This document shows, piece by piece, positions 38,127 to 51,673 of a DNA stretch of 64,000 nucleotides (position 1 is the stretch's first letter; every line of letters starts with the position of its first letter). The DNA is from Octopus vulgaris (taxonomy: Eukaryota): positions 59,210,001-59,274,000 of the forward strand of contig OX597830.1 in assembly GCA_951406725.2 (NCBI GenBank), read 5' to 3'. The position numbers and the translations under genes were made by a program. Under the pieces are notes generated by a model. That model saw only the letters and a list, made by a program, of their open reading frames with translations, did not search any database and was not told the origin of the DNA.

Positions 38127-39560
38127 AAGATAGGACGAGTTAGTGAGAGAGAGAAATGAATGAATGAATGAAATAAAAAGAATACAAGAGAGAGAGAGAG
38201 AAAGTTAGCGGGAGAGGAAATGACGGCTGAAACTGGAGCTTTGACACAGAAATTCAGCTTTTGTAAAAGACAAATATATAAAAGTAGAGCGCTGCTGATA
38301 TATAAAGTTGCTCGTCTAATCATTTCCTACGGCCGCCAGTCAATTACCAACTTATTACCAAACGAGCAAATTGTTATTTTTGAACTTATTCTCACACACA
38401 AAATACTTTCATACAACTTTTATTTATTATGTTAGAATTACGTCAGTCGTTCTTGGTTCGTTGTTTATCGTACACATTCGTGTCGTCTGTTTTCTGTCAT
38501 ATTCTTTTTTGTTTTTATTCTTTTACTGGTTTCAGTCGTTCTATGGTAAATTAGATCGAGCCGAGTGTTTATTTTTATCGGCCACGGAATAATGAAAAGC
38601 AATGAAAACGTGGTCGAGGTTTGAACTCAGAACGTAAAGGGACGTAAGCAAATACTCAATGACGTAGCTAGTGTGTGTGTCGCCCGGGTCCATCCCTTGG
38701 GTTTGCCGCCCCATCTCCTATGCCCAAGTCCTGTACAGGCTTACACAACAGTCCCAAAAGTGCTACCCCATAAAAGTGTCGCTCGGGGCGAACCGCTTCT
38801 TGTCCTCTACTCAAAAGCCACGCTACTACAAAACCATTAACTTACAGCTATGTAATAATATAAATCTTAAGCCAGTCTCTCAACCACCACTCCCCACTGT
38901 GACCTCTATGGTACCAACAACACCAGATTTCCTTATCAAAATATTGTGTATTTCCAAATTCACAACCGATCTATTGAACTATGAATGTGCTTCTTTTTGT
39001 TTTCAACGCTTTCTCGACTCAGTCTTTCACAGAAGAAACGGTTAAGCGGATTAAGAGTTTATTTCGGTTCTTTGTTCGCATTCCATCGAAGTGACTTCGC
39101 CCTTCATCCTTTCTGGGATGGACGAAATAACCATCCTGTATACATCGTTAAAATTTGTGACATTATTGTAATAATACATTGCCGCCCACTGAGCTTCTTG
39201 ATGGTGCAGAAATGGACACCGTTGCATCATGGGCATTTTGGGGACAGTAGAAAGTGAATAATCGCTTCCCTCCCCCCATACAGGACTGGTACTTTATTTA
39301 ATTCCTTGGCCCCGAAAGAAACACGATTTGAACTCGTGGAGCAAAAAGCTGGGCCAATTACTGTAAGGCAATTCTAATCGACGCTCAAACGATTCTACCA
39401 ATTGGCTGCGTATATTAATGGTAGGCATCAAATGTATTTGTAATGTTAAGCGGTGTAGACAAAAAAGAAAAAAAAGAAAAAGAAAGAAACGAAAAATCAC
39501 AAGTGGCTGACCAGACGAGTAAACAGAATGCTCTTCATATATGAAAAAAAAACAACAAAA

Positions 39561-39980
39561 GGCGTAGGAGTGGCTGTGTGGTAAGTAGCTTACTAACGAA
39601 CCACATGGTTCCGGGTTCAGTCCCACTGCGTGGCACCTTGGGTAAGTGTCTTCTACTATAGCCTCGGGCCGACCTAAGCCTTGTTAGTGGATTTGGTAGA
39701 CGGAAACTGAAAGAAGCTCGTCGTATATATGTTTATATATATATATGTGTGTGTATGTTTGTGTGTGTCTATGTTTGTCCCCCCCCCCCCCAACATCGCT
39801 TGACAACCTAATGCTGGTGTGTTTACGTTCCCGTAACTTAGCGGTTCGGCAAAAGAGACCGATAGAATAAGTACTAGGCTTACAAAGAATAAGTCCTGGA
39901 GTCGATTTCCTCGACTAAAGGCGGTGCTCCAGCATGGCCACAGTCAAATGACTGAAACAAGTAAATGAGTAAATGAGTAT
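39561..39980 (+). mobile_element. SINE-A, full-length
   Basis: Family A consensus with CpGs intact. Confidence 0.9.
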
Positions 39981-40260
39981 GAGTAGAGTTAAACAAAAAA
40001 GGATCAACACGGAATCGAACCAGTAAAGTTTCGATTCCAGTGTTGAAAATAATTCATTTTATTTAAACTTTACTTAATTCTTACCACATCCTATTTATCC
40101 TTTTTTTCACATATGAAGAGCATTCTGTTTCGCCCATGCTTCTGTCGTGCAAGCCTTCCAATAACTATCTGTAAATGTTGTTGTATCACCGAACACACAA
40201 CCCATTCAAGGAAGCTCAGTGAGTGCCCAACGATATGCAGATAATATACACCTATCATCA

Positions 40261-40509
40261 TCATCATCATTGTTCGACCGTGGTCGAGACAATGGAATTT
40301 ACCATACTACGCCAGACTTCACGGTCCATCATAGCATTACGGAGGTCCTGTTGTTGGATGCCTGTATCCCTGGAGATTACATCAGGGTAGGAGAGTGTGC
40401 GCCCTCTGGTATTGCGAGTAGATGGCTTCCAGAGGAGAAGAGTAGAAATTACTTCTTTTTCAGCTCTACAACAAGGTCCAGCAAACTGGACTCTCCTACC
40501 TTTCACAAG
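40261..40509 (-). mobile_element. 5'-truncated RTE-like LINE (second family) with a 22-bp TSD
   Basis: LVKGRRVQFAGPCCRAEKEVISTLLLWKPS..MMDREVWRSMV* followed by (TGA)n. TSD AGATAATATACACCTATCATCA at 40239-40260 and 40510-40531. Confidence 0.82.
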
Positions 40510-40704
40510 AGATAATATACACCTATCATCAATCTCCATTTTAAGCAGAACGGTAGCTCTGTAAAAGAAACGGGCTGGGAAAAACACCTTTACCAACGAA
40601 CAGTTTTCCAGCCTATGCTGAACTTCAATGTATTTCTTTGTCCCAACAAAAAGAGTATGTCGACAACCACGTTTTATGACTTCTAACGGCAGATGGGTTT
40701 CTGA

Positions 40705-41315
40705 TCAACCTCACTGAGAAAATGACCAGCGACCGAGACCTTTGGAAATATGCTGTGCGTGAGAAGACCAGGCAGGACAAGTGAGTCCAGCCCACTTATG
40801 CATGCCTTTCCTCCCTTGGACACACAAAGACCTGTTGAGGCAAGCGAAGTCGATATCGAACCTCATCCGACGACAGGCACCCATGCCAACCCCCCTTTGC
40901 TTGCGAAGACATGTTGGGGAAAGTGAAATCGAAATCGGAATCGAAATTGAACCAATCCTATGACTGGCACCCGGCAGATGCTAGGACCCCTGGACTGGTG
41001 GTACGTAAAAAGCACTATCCGAATCGTGGCCGATGCCAGTGCCGCCTCGACTGGCTTCCGTGCCGGTGGCACGTAAAATGCACCAATCCGACCGTGGCCG
41101 TTGCCAGCCTTGCCTGGCACCTATGCCGTTGGTACGTAAAAAGCACCCACTACACTCACGGAGTGGTTGGCGTTAGGAAGGGCATCTTGCTGTAGAAACA
41201 CTGCCAGATAAGACTGGAGCCTGGTGCAGCCTTCTGGCTTCCCAGATCCCCGGTCGAACCGTCCAACCCATGCTAGCATGGAGAACGGACGTTAAACGAT
41301 GATGATGATGATGAT
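40705..41315 (+). mobile_element. RTE 3' end with (GAT)n tail
   Basis: LTEKMTSDRDLWKYAVREKT followed by a 3' UTR homologous to 1440-1962. Confidence 0.82.
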
Positions 41316-42054
41316 GGTACTTGACCTTACTACAATATAACAAAAAAGCAGATGCTCCAATTTAATCAGATGTTTCTCTTTGATAATTTACAGCCGTTAA
41401 AATGGAATACGACAACGAAGCGATGCACTCGCGAGCCATCTCTACTCAGAATTTCAGAAGTAGCTTCCCTTTCTGTTTACTTTTAGGAAGATCCGTCCCT
41501 CTGATAGTTATCTCTACCGGTTCTTGGTTACGTGAAAGTTTGGGCCAAACCAAACCCAATCAAACCACAAATAATTTATACAACCATCGGTCACAGCTTC
41601 CAATGTCCGTTAACATGAACGAGCTTCTGCCGTTTTCCAGATGTAGGGTCACTAATATCATTTCGTTATCTTGTCTTCTGTAATCTGCTTACATTTGCTC
41701 TCACCCACCGGGCCCCACTTAGCGGCACTTTTGGATCTGTCGTATAAGCCTTGGTTTACACTGCAGATTCAAAAGTGTTGCCTATAAAAGCATTAGCCGA
41801 AGGGGACCACCCCATTTCCCTAGCAATGATACTGGTCACGTTGGCATCCAGCAAGTGTGAAAGTCACTTGCACCATTGTGCGTCAGCTACCGAACAACTG
41901 GAGAAAAACAGACGAGATTGGTGGTAAAGTACGCTGTCTCCATTTTGTCCCTTTCTCGAAACAATTCAGTGAAGTCATTTCGAAGACAATGTCGCACATC
42001 TGATCTATAAGTGACAAATGGCTAAAAGCAAGTTTGTGTTTATAGTACCTCATT

Positions 42055-42090
<36 letters not shown>

Positions 42091-42624
42091 ATTCCACCTG
42101 GTTATATTTAAATTTATTTGACTGTAACTAAGGAAGATGATGCTTAACGTGAAAAAATGACTATTCCTCTGTTTTAGTGTTTGTTGTGTCATTCAGTTTA
42201 AATAAAAGATGTCACTTCTTGTTCCGTTCCTCTCTGTTCCTCTTCCTCTCTTTTCCCCTTCCTCTCTTTTCTTTCCTCTTCCTTCTCATCCGGTAACAGC
42301 ATTTGTCCCTGATTATATAAGTACAAACACAACGACCTACATGTGTGCGTTCTTTGCCTGTTGATTTTTTTTTTCTCTGCATATAAATAGTTAAACTTAC
42401 GTTGAAATTTTGGAATATCCTGTGGATAAAATGGTGAGTTGTTGACTTAACCTGAAAAACCCCCAAAAAACTGAAGCTATCAGACAGATCTAAACACCAT
42501 CGTTTCTGAGTGTCCAAAAGTCATAATGGAACTATGCATAAATCGCTTTCATATGGCGCTGAGAATCAAGTTGCACATTCTCGCTTGTACGCTACTTCTT
42601 AGTGTATGTATGTAAGTAGGCAAC

Positions 42625-42811
42625 AAGGACAAACAAACGGATTAAGTCGATTACATCGACCCCAGTGCGTAACTGGTACTTAGTTTATCGATCCCGAAAG
42701 GATGAAAGGCAAAGTCGACCTCGGCGGAATTTGAACTCACAACGTAACGGCAGACGAAATACGGCTACACATTTCGCCCGACGTGCTAACGTTTCTGCCA
42801 GCTCGCCGCCT
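42625..42811 (-). mobile_element. SINE-B
   Basis: Reverse complement of the family B head and core. Confidence 0.85.
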
Positions 42812-43779
42812 TATAAGACATATATAATGCAAAACTACCATAAAGACTGCAATAGTTAAAAAAAAAAAAACAGAAAAAAAAAACAGAAATAAAACTTAAA
42901 AGTTTATTCTTTCTGTGCTGCCGGAACGAAATGATTCGCAGCCTGTTGGTTAGGAACTTCTGATAACGCTATCTGCAAAAGATTTGGTGGAATGCATTGT
43001 AGATAAAATAATTATGCCAAAACCATTGCTAATGGAGCTTTGTTATGACATGGGATCGAGACGTATTTGTCAAATGTGAAATGTTTAAGAAACTGAGCTA
43101 ATAAAATGGTTTAGCATAAACTCACGTTCTCTCTTCCAGTAACCGAGTTAACGGAAGCTGCAGGTTAAGCGGTTGCGGTTTTCCCTGTGTCTGTGCATTG
43201 TATAGGCGCAGCCGTGGCTCAAGGGTTAAGAAGATCGCTTTGTAATGATACGGTTTCGCGTTCAGCCCCACTGCGCGACACCTTGAGCAAGTGTCTACTA
43301 CTATAATCCCGGGTCGATCACTTCCTATGTGAGTGAATTTAGTTGGGTGACGGAAACCGTGTGGAAGCCCGTTGTATAAATACTTATTCTGCTATATTTT
43401 CATCAAATGTGATCTCAAAAAGTACACGAAGACGTTGAAAAGTGCTGTGCAGCCTCAAATGAATTAAAATAGAAAATGATCTTCCAGTTTCCCACATGGT
43501 AAAGTATAGAAATGTGTCATTCAGAGAAAATGTTTTACTGTAATTCTCTTGAGAGATTTGTGAACAGAACAACGTCTCTTTGGAGTAAAATCTTCCAAAT
43601 ATTATGTATCCTATGTATCCAGTTATATATACAGCTGGAGTGGCTGTGTAGGAAGAAGCTTGCTTCCCAACCACATAGTTCTGGGTTCAGTCCCACGGCA
43701 CCTTGGGCAAGTGTCTTCTACTTTAGCCTCGGGTCGACCAAAGCCGTGTGAGTGGAGTTATAGACAAAAATCGAAAGAA

Positions 43780-44135
43780 GTCCGTCGGTTACGACGACGA
43801 GGGTTCCAGTTGATCCGATCAACGGAACAGCTTGCTTGTGAAATTAACGTGCAAGTGGCTGAGCACTCCACAGACACGTGAACCCTTAACGTAGTTCTCG
43901 GGGAGATTCAGCGTGACACAGAGTGTGGCAAAGCTGGCCCTTCGAAATACAGGTAGAACAGAAACGGGAAGAGTGAGAGAAAGTTGTGGTGAAAAAGTAC
44001 AACAGGGTTCGCCGCCAGCCCCTGCTGGAGCCTCGTGGAGCTTTTAAGTGTTTTTGCTCAATAAACGCTCACAATGCCCGGTCTGGGAATCGAAACCGCG
44101 AGTCCGCTGCCCTAACCATGGCCCATTGTGCCTAC
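43780..44135 (-). mobile_element. SINE-C, tail-to-tail with a SINE-A head (43635-43780)
   Basis: Homologous to 29140-29520. Confidence 0.82.
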
Positions 44136-44173
44136 ACACACGCACACACACATATATTTATATTTACATACAA

Positions 44174-44242
<69 letters not shown>

Positions 44243-44524
44243 GGCGCAAGGTTTAGTGGTTAGGGAAAAACATTGTGTTCTTGAGCAAGACACTTCACCT
44301 CATGTTACTCTGCGATCACTTCGATACCTGACGTGTGATACACAGTGCACCTGTTCAGACAACGTGTCGGACTCGGTGGAGAGAAGTGCGCTAATGTGTG
44401 GTACGATCATTTGATCACTAGAAACAATTCTTTTGTGCCGGTCGTTCGGCCAAAGCTGAACGCTGATGTGTCGTCTTTCGTGGGTGAGTCCATTATATAC
44501 ACACACTTGTGTACGTGTGCACAC

Positions 44525-44920
44525 GACTGAGCTTTCGCGACTTTGAGCTTGCGTGACTTTGAACTTGCGCGACTTTGAGCTTGCGTGACTTTGAGCTTGC
44601 GCGACTTTGAACTTGCGCGACTTTGAGCTTGCGTGACTTTGAACTTGCGCGACTTTGAGCTTGCGTGACTTTGAGCTTGCGTGACTTTGAGCTTTCGCGA
44701 CTTTGAGCTTGCGTGACTTTGAACTTGCGCGACTTTGAGCTTGCGTGACTTTGAGCTTGCGTGACTTTGAGCTTTCGCCACTTTGAGCTTGCGTGACTTT
44801 GAACTTGCGCGACTTTGAGCTTGCGTGACTTTGAGCTTGCGTGACTTTGAGCTTGCGTGACTTTGAGCTTGCGTGACTTTGAGCTTTCGCGACTTTGAGC
44901 TTGCGTGACTTTGAGCTTGC
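44525..44920. repeat. 16-bp minisatellite (~25 units)
   Basis: GACTTTGAGCTTGCGT with variants GACTTTGAACTTGCGC and GACTTTGAGCTTTCGC; followed by a SINE-A 3' half (~44925-45120). Confidence 0.95.
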
Positions 44921-46497
44921 CACTCCCCGTACCGCTTGATAACCGGTGTTGGCTTGTTTATGTCGCCGTAGTTTAGCGGTCCAGCATAAGGGACCAACAG
45001 AATAAGTGCCAAACTTTTAGAAAATCATAAGTACTGAGGTTTATTTGTTCGATTAAAACCCTTCGAGGCGTTGCTCCAGCATGACCGCAGCCCAGTAACT
45101 GAAACAAGTAAAAGATAAAAGACAAAAGTTATACTTAAAAATGATCAGCTCCTGTCAAACCGTCCAACCCATGCCAGCATGGAAAACGGATGTTAAATGA
45201 TGATGATGATGATGATGATGACGAAGCTAACCCCGCTGGTGTTGGTGCCACGTAAAAAAAGCACCCAGCACACTCTGTAAAGTGGTTGGCGTCAGGAAGG
45301 GCATCCAGCAGCCTTGGAAACTATGTCAAAGCAGACAACGGTGTCTGGTGCAGCAGCTCTCTGATTTACCAGCTCCTGTCAAACCGTCCAACCCATGCCA
45401 GCCTGAAAAAAAGGCATTAAATGTTGATGATGATGATGATGATGATGTATTAAACGATGCATTAAATGTGCCATCTTTCGGAAAGTCATTCTACAAGAGA
45501 AGAGAAACGATTTTTAATTTAATTTATTCATTGGAAAGAGAAAAAAAAAGTAGGTGGAATTTTTTCTTTCTTTCTTTTTTAAATTTTTATTCATTTCTTT
45601 TGTTTTGCTTTGTTTTCTTTTCTGTTTTGTCTTTTTCGTATTTGCTCTGATGACGAATCTGCATGTGTGGTCGGTTCTGGTTTTGTCGCAAGAAAAAGAA
45701 AATGAAAACCAGGATGTTGAAAAACTATCCACCTTTGCTTTCAACAACACGCAGTAACAGTGAAATGGTATACTCCAAGATCTGGAATTAGTTGTAAACG
45801 ATAGTATAAAACTAGTTAATGTTTATTAAGTGAAGCCGGAAAAAACCGCCCGGATCTTCAATTTATGGTAAGGAAATATCGGAAGTGGACATGCAACTTT
45901 GACACAATATATTGAAGAGCGATGGTGATTATGCAGGAAAATGTTGGTGTGACTCGTCGATTTTCGCAAAGGAATTTGGTTATTTCCGTTTGAATATGCT
46001 CTTTCAACAACAACAACAGCAAAAGATCAGTCTTGGAGGGTAAAAATGGAAAGGCTCTGAGATATATTTACTTACATGAAAGAAATTATTCTTACAGTGC
46101 AGTGCTGGGCGTCGATATATGATTCCAAAGAACAACGAATACATGCATACACACACACACACACATATATATATACGATGGGCTTCTTTCAGTTTCCGTC
46201 TACCGAATCCACTCACCAGGCTTTGGTCGGCTCGAGGCTATAGTAGAAGACACTTGCCCAAAGTGCCACGCATAGGGACTGAACCCGGAACCAGGTGGAA
46301 GCTACTTACCACAGAGCCACTATATCAAGGCGCAGGCGCGGGGCTGTGTGGTAAGAAGCTTGCTTCCCAACCTCATGTTTCCGGGTTCAGTCCCACTGCC
46401 TGAGACTTGGGGCCAATGTCTTCTCCTATAGTCTTGGACCGACCAAAGCCTTGAGAGTGGATTTGGTAGACGGAAACTGAAAGAAATACGTCGTATG

Positions 46498-46581
<84 letters not shown>

Positions 46582-46730
46582 ATGTATGTATGTATGTATG
46601 TATGTATGTATGTATGTATGTATGTATATATGTATGTATGTAGAAGGTTGAAAAGGAACACATGAGTTGATATATATATGGCAAAAAAAAGTCAAGGTAG
46701 AAAATGCTAAAATAATTTAAAGAAAAAAAT

Positions 46731-46769
46731 TTCAGTACCAGTTTCAGTCATTGAGACTTTTCAACTGTA
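46731..46769 (-). ncRNA. Hammerhead-like motif, U3-A8 core variant
   Basis: Minus strand: CAG-UUGAAAA-GUC(UCAAU)GAC-U-GAA-ACUGGU-A-CUG. Confidence 0.35.
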
Positions 46770-47311
46770 AGTATGGAAAACAAATTTTTAAAGACTATTT
46801 GCATAGTGTTCAAATGCAAGGGGCATTTTCTTTGTTTCTGCCTGTTTCTGTCTCTCTTGTTTACTCTTGTGGGTTCAAGGTCGTTGTGAATTCTTGGCAG
46901 AGAACATACACACACACACACACACACGTGTATCTGTATATGCATGTGCGCACGATTGTGTGTGTATTATTCCCCACCCATCGCTTGAAACTGATGTTGG
47001 TGTGTTTACATCCACGTAACTAGCGGTTCGGCAAAAAGACCGATAGAATAAATACTAGGCTTACAAAGAATAAGTCCTGAGATCGATTTGTTCGACTAAA
47101 GGCGGTGCTCCAGCATGGCTGCAGTCAAATGACTGAAACAAATAAAAGGATAAAAGAATAAAAGACGTTCCAGCCACGACTGTCCAGTCTTTTGTTTAAA
47201 CACAATGATTCCAATTATATATGAGAGGGGTTTGAGAGATATTGCTGCTATCTCTAGCAGGTCGTACGACTTGGTGGAGACTAGATAATGGTTTAGCGGT
47301 GGTATGTTGCA

Positions 47312-47545
47312 AGGCGGTAAGCTGGCAGAAACGTTAGCACGCTGGGCGAAATGCTTCGCGGTATTTCGTCTGCGTTACGTTCTGAGTTCAAATTCCGCCG
47401 AGGTCGACTTTGCCTTTCATCCTTTCGGGGTCGATAAATTAGGTACTAGTTACGCACTGGAGTCGATGTAATCGACTTAATACCTATGTCTGTCCTTGTT
47501 TGTCCCCTCTGTGTTTAGCCCCTTGTGGGTAATAAAGTAATAGGT
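47312..47545 (+). mobile_element. SINE-B, young copy
   Basis: Family B consensus. Confidence 0.88.
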
Positions 47546-48082
47546 ATGTTGCATGGGTGATGTTGTGGTGATGATGCCGGGACAATTCCATCATGTGGCG
47601 ATAAACTAAAGATACAACTATTTCCCTTTAATTCCGTGTTTACTAATCACGGAACAGGAAATAAAATCAAAAAGAGTTGATTGTATTAATTCGTTTATAA
47701 ATGAACAGAAAAAAAGGAAAGCAATATTCTGTCTTTAGTTGTAAGTATTCTGCTAATGACCAGAATTGGACTGGCGTAGGTTATTAATGAATCCAGCTGG
47801 CGCCTCTGTATAGAGTTTTGACTTGTACTGGCGACTCTGAATGTTCTGAGGTTAGACAATAGCTGGGAATAAATCACTCCTTATTTCAAAGCATAGATAT
47901 CACGGACGACAGAGTCGTTCATTCGGGACGGTGAGGTTTGGCAGATTGTTTCACCTCAGCAGGAGGTTCAGATTTTTTTGTAAGTGCTGAAAGCACTTTG
48001 TTTACACACACACACACATGACCGCACGCGCGTGCGTATCTGTGTGCATGTGCGTGCGGTATAGTGTGTTTATTAATATCAT

Positions 48083-48131
<49 letters not shown>

Positions 48132-48246
48132 TCTTCCCTTTTACCTACGCCACCCCCTTTTTTTCATCCCACAAAAGAAAAGCTCTACCTTGTAACTTGT
48201 TCCATCTGTGTGCAGCCCTGTGTGGCCAATAAAGAAACTTATCTAT

Positions 48247-48306
<60 letters not shown>

Positions 48307-48410
48307 ACACGCGCACACACACACACACATACATACACATATGTGTATCTGTATGTGCATGTCGCACGACTGTGTGCGTGTGTATCGATATCTATGAGTC
48401 TATTTGTCTG

Positions 48411-48470
<60 letters not shown>

Positions 48471-48669
48471 TCGATTTGTCTCTTGACAGGTACCGATGCG
48501 TTTACCTTATCTCCATCCATCTACCTTCCGATCTAATTTTATCCATCCGATTTTTTTAAATCTGAAAACCTTGAATCTTTTATTCCTGCCTTCTTCAAAA
48601 ACCAAAATAAAAACCAAAAAACCTTTTGCATCTCCTCGACCTACTTTTTTTTATTTTATTCGTTTATTC

Positions 48670-49310
48670 TTTTATTCTTTTACTTGTTTCAGTCATTTGA
48701 CTGTGGCCATGCTGGAGCACCGCCTTTAGTCGAACAAATCAACCCCAGGACTTATTCTTTCTAAGCCTAGTACTTATTCTAGCGGTCTCTTTTGCCGAAT
48801 TCCTATCTTACGGGGACGTAAACACACCAACATCGGTTGTCAAACGATAGTGAGGAGACAAACACAGACACAAATACATACACACATACATATATATACG
48901 ACGGGCTTCTTTCAGTTTCCGTCTATCAAATCCACTTACAAGGCTTTGGTCGGCCCGTGGTTATAGTAGAAGATACTTGCCCAAGGTGCCACGCAGTGGG
49001 ACTGAACCCGGAACCATGTGGTTGGTAAGCAATCTACTTACCACACAGCCACTCCTCACAAAATTAAGCCCCTTCCTGCTCTGTTTCTTTTTATTGTATT
49101 TTATAATCATTTATTCTTTTACTTGTTTCAGTCATTTAACTGCGACCATGCTGGAGTACAGCCTTTCGTCGAGCAAATCGACCCCAGGATTTATTCTGTG
49201 TAAGCCTAGCACTTATTCTAGCGGTCCTTTTTGCTGAACCGCTAGAATAAGAGGACGTAAACTCACTAACATCGGTTGTCAAACGATGGTGGGGTAAGGG
49301 GACAAGCACG
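48670..49310 (-). mobile_element. Two SINE-A copies (one full, one 3' half)
   Basis: Reverse complement of family A at 48670-49055 and 49110-49310. Confidence 0.85.
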
Positions 49311-49591
49311 CACACGCACACTCTCTCTCATTCACACATGAACACACACACACACACACACAGTCTCAACAATGTATTTTGGTTGCTCTTACCAAATCCA
49401 CCTGGTGACCTTTCCTCCAATAAACACACACACACACACACATACACACACGCACACAAAAGCCCCTTCCCTTGTCATATAGGGTCATAAGGCTGGTTTC
49501 CCAGATTCTGTGGCGAAGAATTTCTAAGAAATTTCAAAACAATGTATTTTGGTTACTCTCATCAAACCCACCCGGTGACCTTTCTTCCAAG

Positions 49592-49682
<91 letters not shown>

Positions 49683-49689
49683 TATGCCC

Positions 49690-49945
49690 CTTCCCGGGTC
49701 ATAATAAGGTCACAAGGCCGGTTTCCCGGATTCTGTGGCGCATATATTCCCCACCACCACTACCACCGCAAACGGAACGCCCGGTCCGTTGCAGGAGGAT
49801 TCATTTTTGCCAGCTGAGTGGACTGGTGCAGCGTGAAGTGAAATGTTTTGCTCAAGAACACAATGCATCACCCAGTATTAGAATCGAAACCTCAGTCTTG
49901 CCAATCACAAGTCCAACACCCTGACCACTAAGCCACACGCCTCCG
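49690..49945 (-). mobile_element. SINE family D (tRNA head plus TGTTCTTGAGCAAAAC segment)
   Basis: Minus-strand head GGAGGCGTGTGGCTTAGTGGTCAGGG..GGTTTCGATTC. Related to 27040-27205, 44240-44300 and 63734-63860. Confidence 0.7.
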
Positions 49946-50249
49946 CCTTACCTGCCACGCTCCAATTAATCTCTTACCTTTTACTTGTTCCAGTTATAGG
50001 ACAGTATTATTATTGTTTTGAGCCTGGAATGTAGTCTGTCGATGTCTTTTGCTGAGCCGCTAAGTTACAGAGGAGCAAGCACGCCAGCAGCAATTGTCAA
50101 GTGGTGCTAGGGACAAACTCAAACATATTGTTATGAGGAAACAAAATCAAGTGGAGGCACACTTGTGTAGGTATGCCGTTATTTTATGACTGAGAAATTA
50201 TATCAATGAAGATTTCTATGCTTGGGTATGGATGAGTTGAATTTGTAAT

Positions 50250-50574
50250 ACATACATGCATACATATACACATACATACATGCATGCATACATATACACA
50301 TACATACATACATACATACATACATACATACACACACACATACATACATACATACATACATACATGCATGCATGCATACATATGCACATACATAATACAT
50401 ACATACATACATACATCCATCCATGCATACATACATACATACATACATACATGCATGCATACATATACACATACATAATACATACATACATACATACATA
50501 CATACATACATACATGCATACATACATACATACATACATACATACATACAGACAGACAGACAGACAGACATACA
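50250..50574. repeat. (CATA)n compound microsatellite; a second long tract lies at 51598-51823
   Basis: Direct reading. Confidence 0.95.
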
Positions 50575-50705
50575 TAGAATTAGAAAATCCCTCTGTTATG
50601 AAATACATTCATAAACACCAACTCAAGGAATACTGGTGGAATATTCCCATCAAAACCTCTGTCAAATGTAAGCATAACACACCAGATATTGTTGTTTGGG
50701 ATGGA
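50575..50705 (+). mobile_element. Fragment of a restriction-like endonuclease (RLE) domain from an R4/NeSL-type non-LTR element
   Basis: KEYWWNIPIKTSVKCKHNTPDIVVWD resembles the W..I.T...HNRPDIVVWD motif upstream of the PD-(D/E)xK core. Confidence 0.65.
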
Positions 50706-50899
50706 GGGACATCACAGACGCTAGCTGCCCTGTAGATATATATATAATATATATATATAGCATAATTAAATCTCAGAATGAGATTGAAACAGTAATCGCT
50801 CGAAAATGTAAAGTATAGAAGCCATCTTATCATGGCTAACCACATTGGGGAGGGGGTGTTACTGTAGCTTTATAGCCCCAAGAGATCTTCGTCTCTAGT

Positions 50900-50967
50900 T
50901 GGCTTTAGACACAATATCAGTGTCCTTGGAGTATACTCCAAGGACACTGATATTGTGTCTAAAGCCA
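50900..50967. repeat. Perfect 68-bp palindrome with no spacer
   Basis: TGGCTTTAGACACAATATCAGTGTCCTTGGAGTA|TACTCCAAGGACACTGATATTGTGTCTAAAGCCA. Confidence 0.97.
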
Positions 50968-51297
50968 GCTAAATATGTAATACCTTAAATATGTAATACC
51001 TTAAATACCTTTATAAAAATAATAATAAAGCATACTAAATAAATAAATATTATAACTAATAACTATCAAGAAACTATATATAAAAATAATAACATTTCAA
51101 CAAGAACAACAACAATAACAACAACAATAATAATAATAATAATAATCAACCCAATACAATTCAAAAGCCAAATAATATTGATAACCAAAAACGTTACTTA
51201 GCTTGTCGATGAAAATAATATAACTGAATTTTAAATGTAAAAAAATAGGTCTTAGCGTTTATAAGAAATTAAACTTATACATACATACATACATATA

Positions 51298-51364
<67 letters not shown>

Positions 51365-51639
51365 TTAAAGGAGAATCTCGATAAACTGGGATTTTCAGAA
51401 AGAGAAATCGACCGGCTGATTCATACATTACAAGTGCAATCTGTGAGTGGAACAGTAAAAATATGTAAGACATTTCTCAAGTTCTAAATATAAATTTGTC
51501 TGTGTTAATTGCATCCCAAAGATGGAACCTTGTAACTTTGTTGGAAACTGGCTCCCTCACCAGTGGAAGAATTATAATAATTAGAAAATAGAAGAGACAT
51601 ACATACATGCATGCATACATACATACATACATACATACA

Positions 51640-51673
<34 letters not shown>

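Noticed and set aside
38270-38345. TATA-box promoter (two TATATAAA motifs)
   Set aside because: AT-rich context, imperfect Inr spacing and no downstream exon or ORF support.
41790-41812. miR-133-like sequence (TGGTCCCCTTC on the minus strand)
   Set aside because: Only the 5' part matches and there is no pre-miRNA-length hairpin.
44300-45012. 201-207-aa repetitive protein genes
   Set aside because: These ORFs are a by-product of a stop-free 16-bp repeat that is open in several frames; their flanks are SINE sequence.
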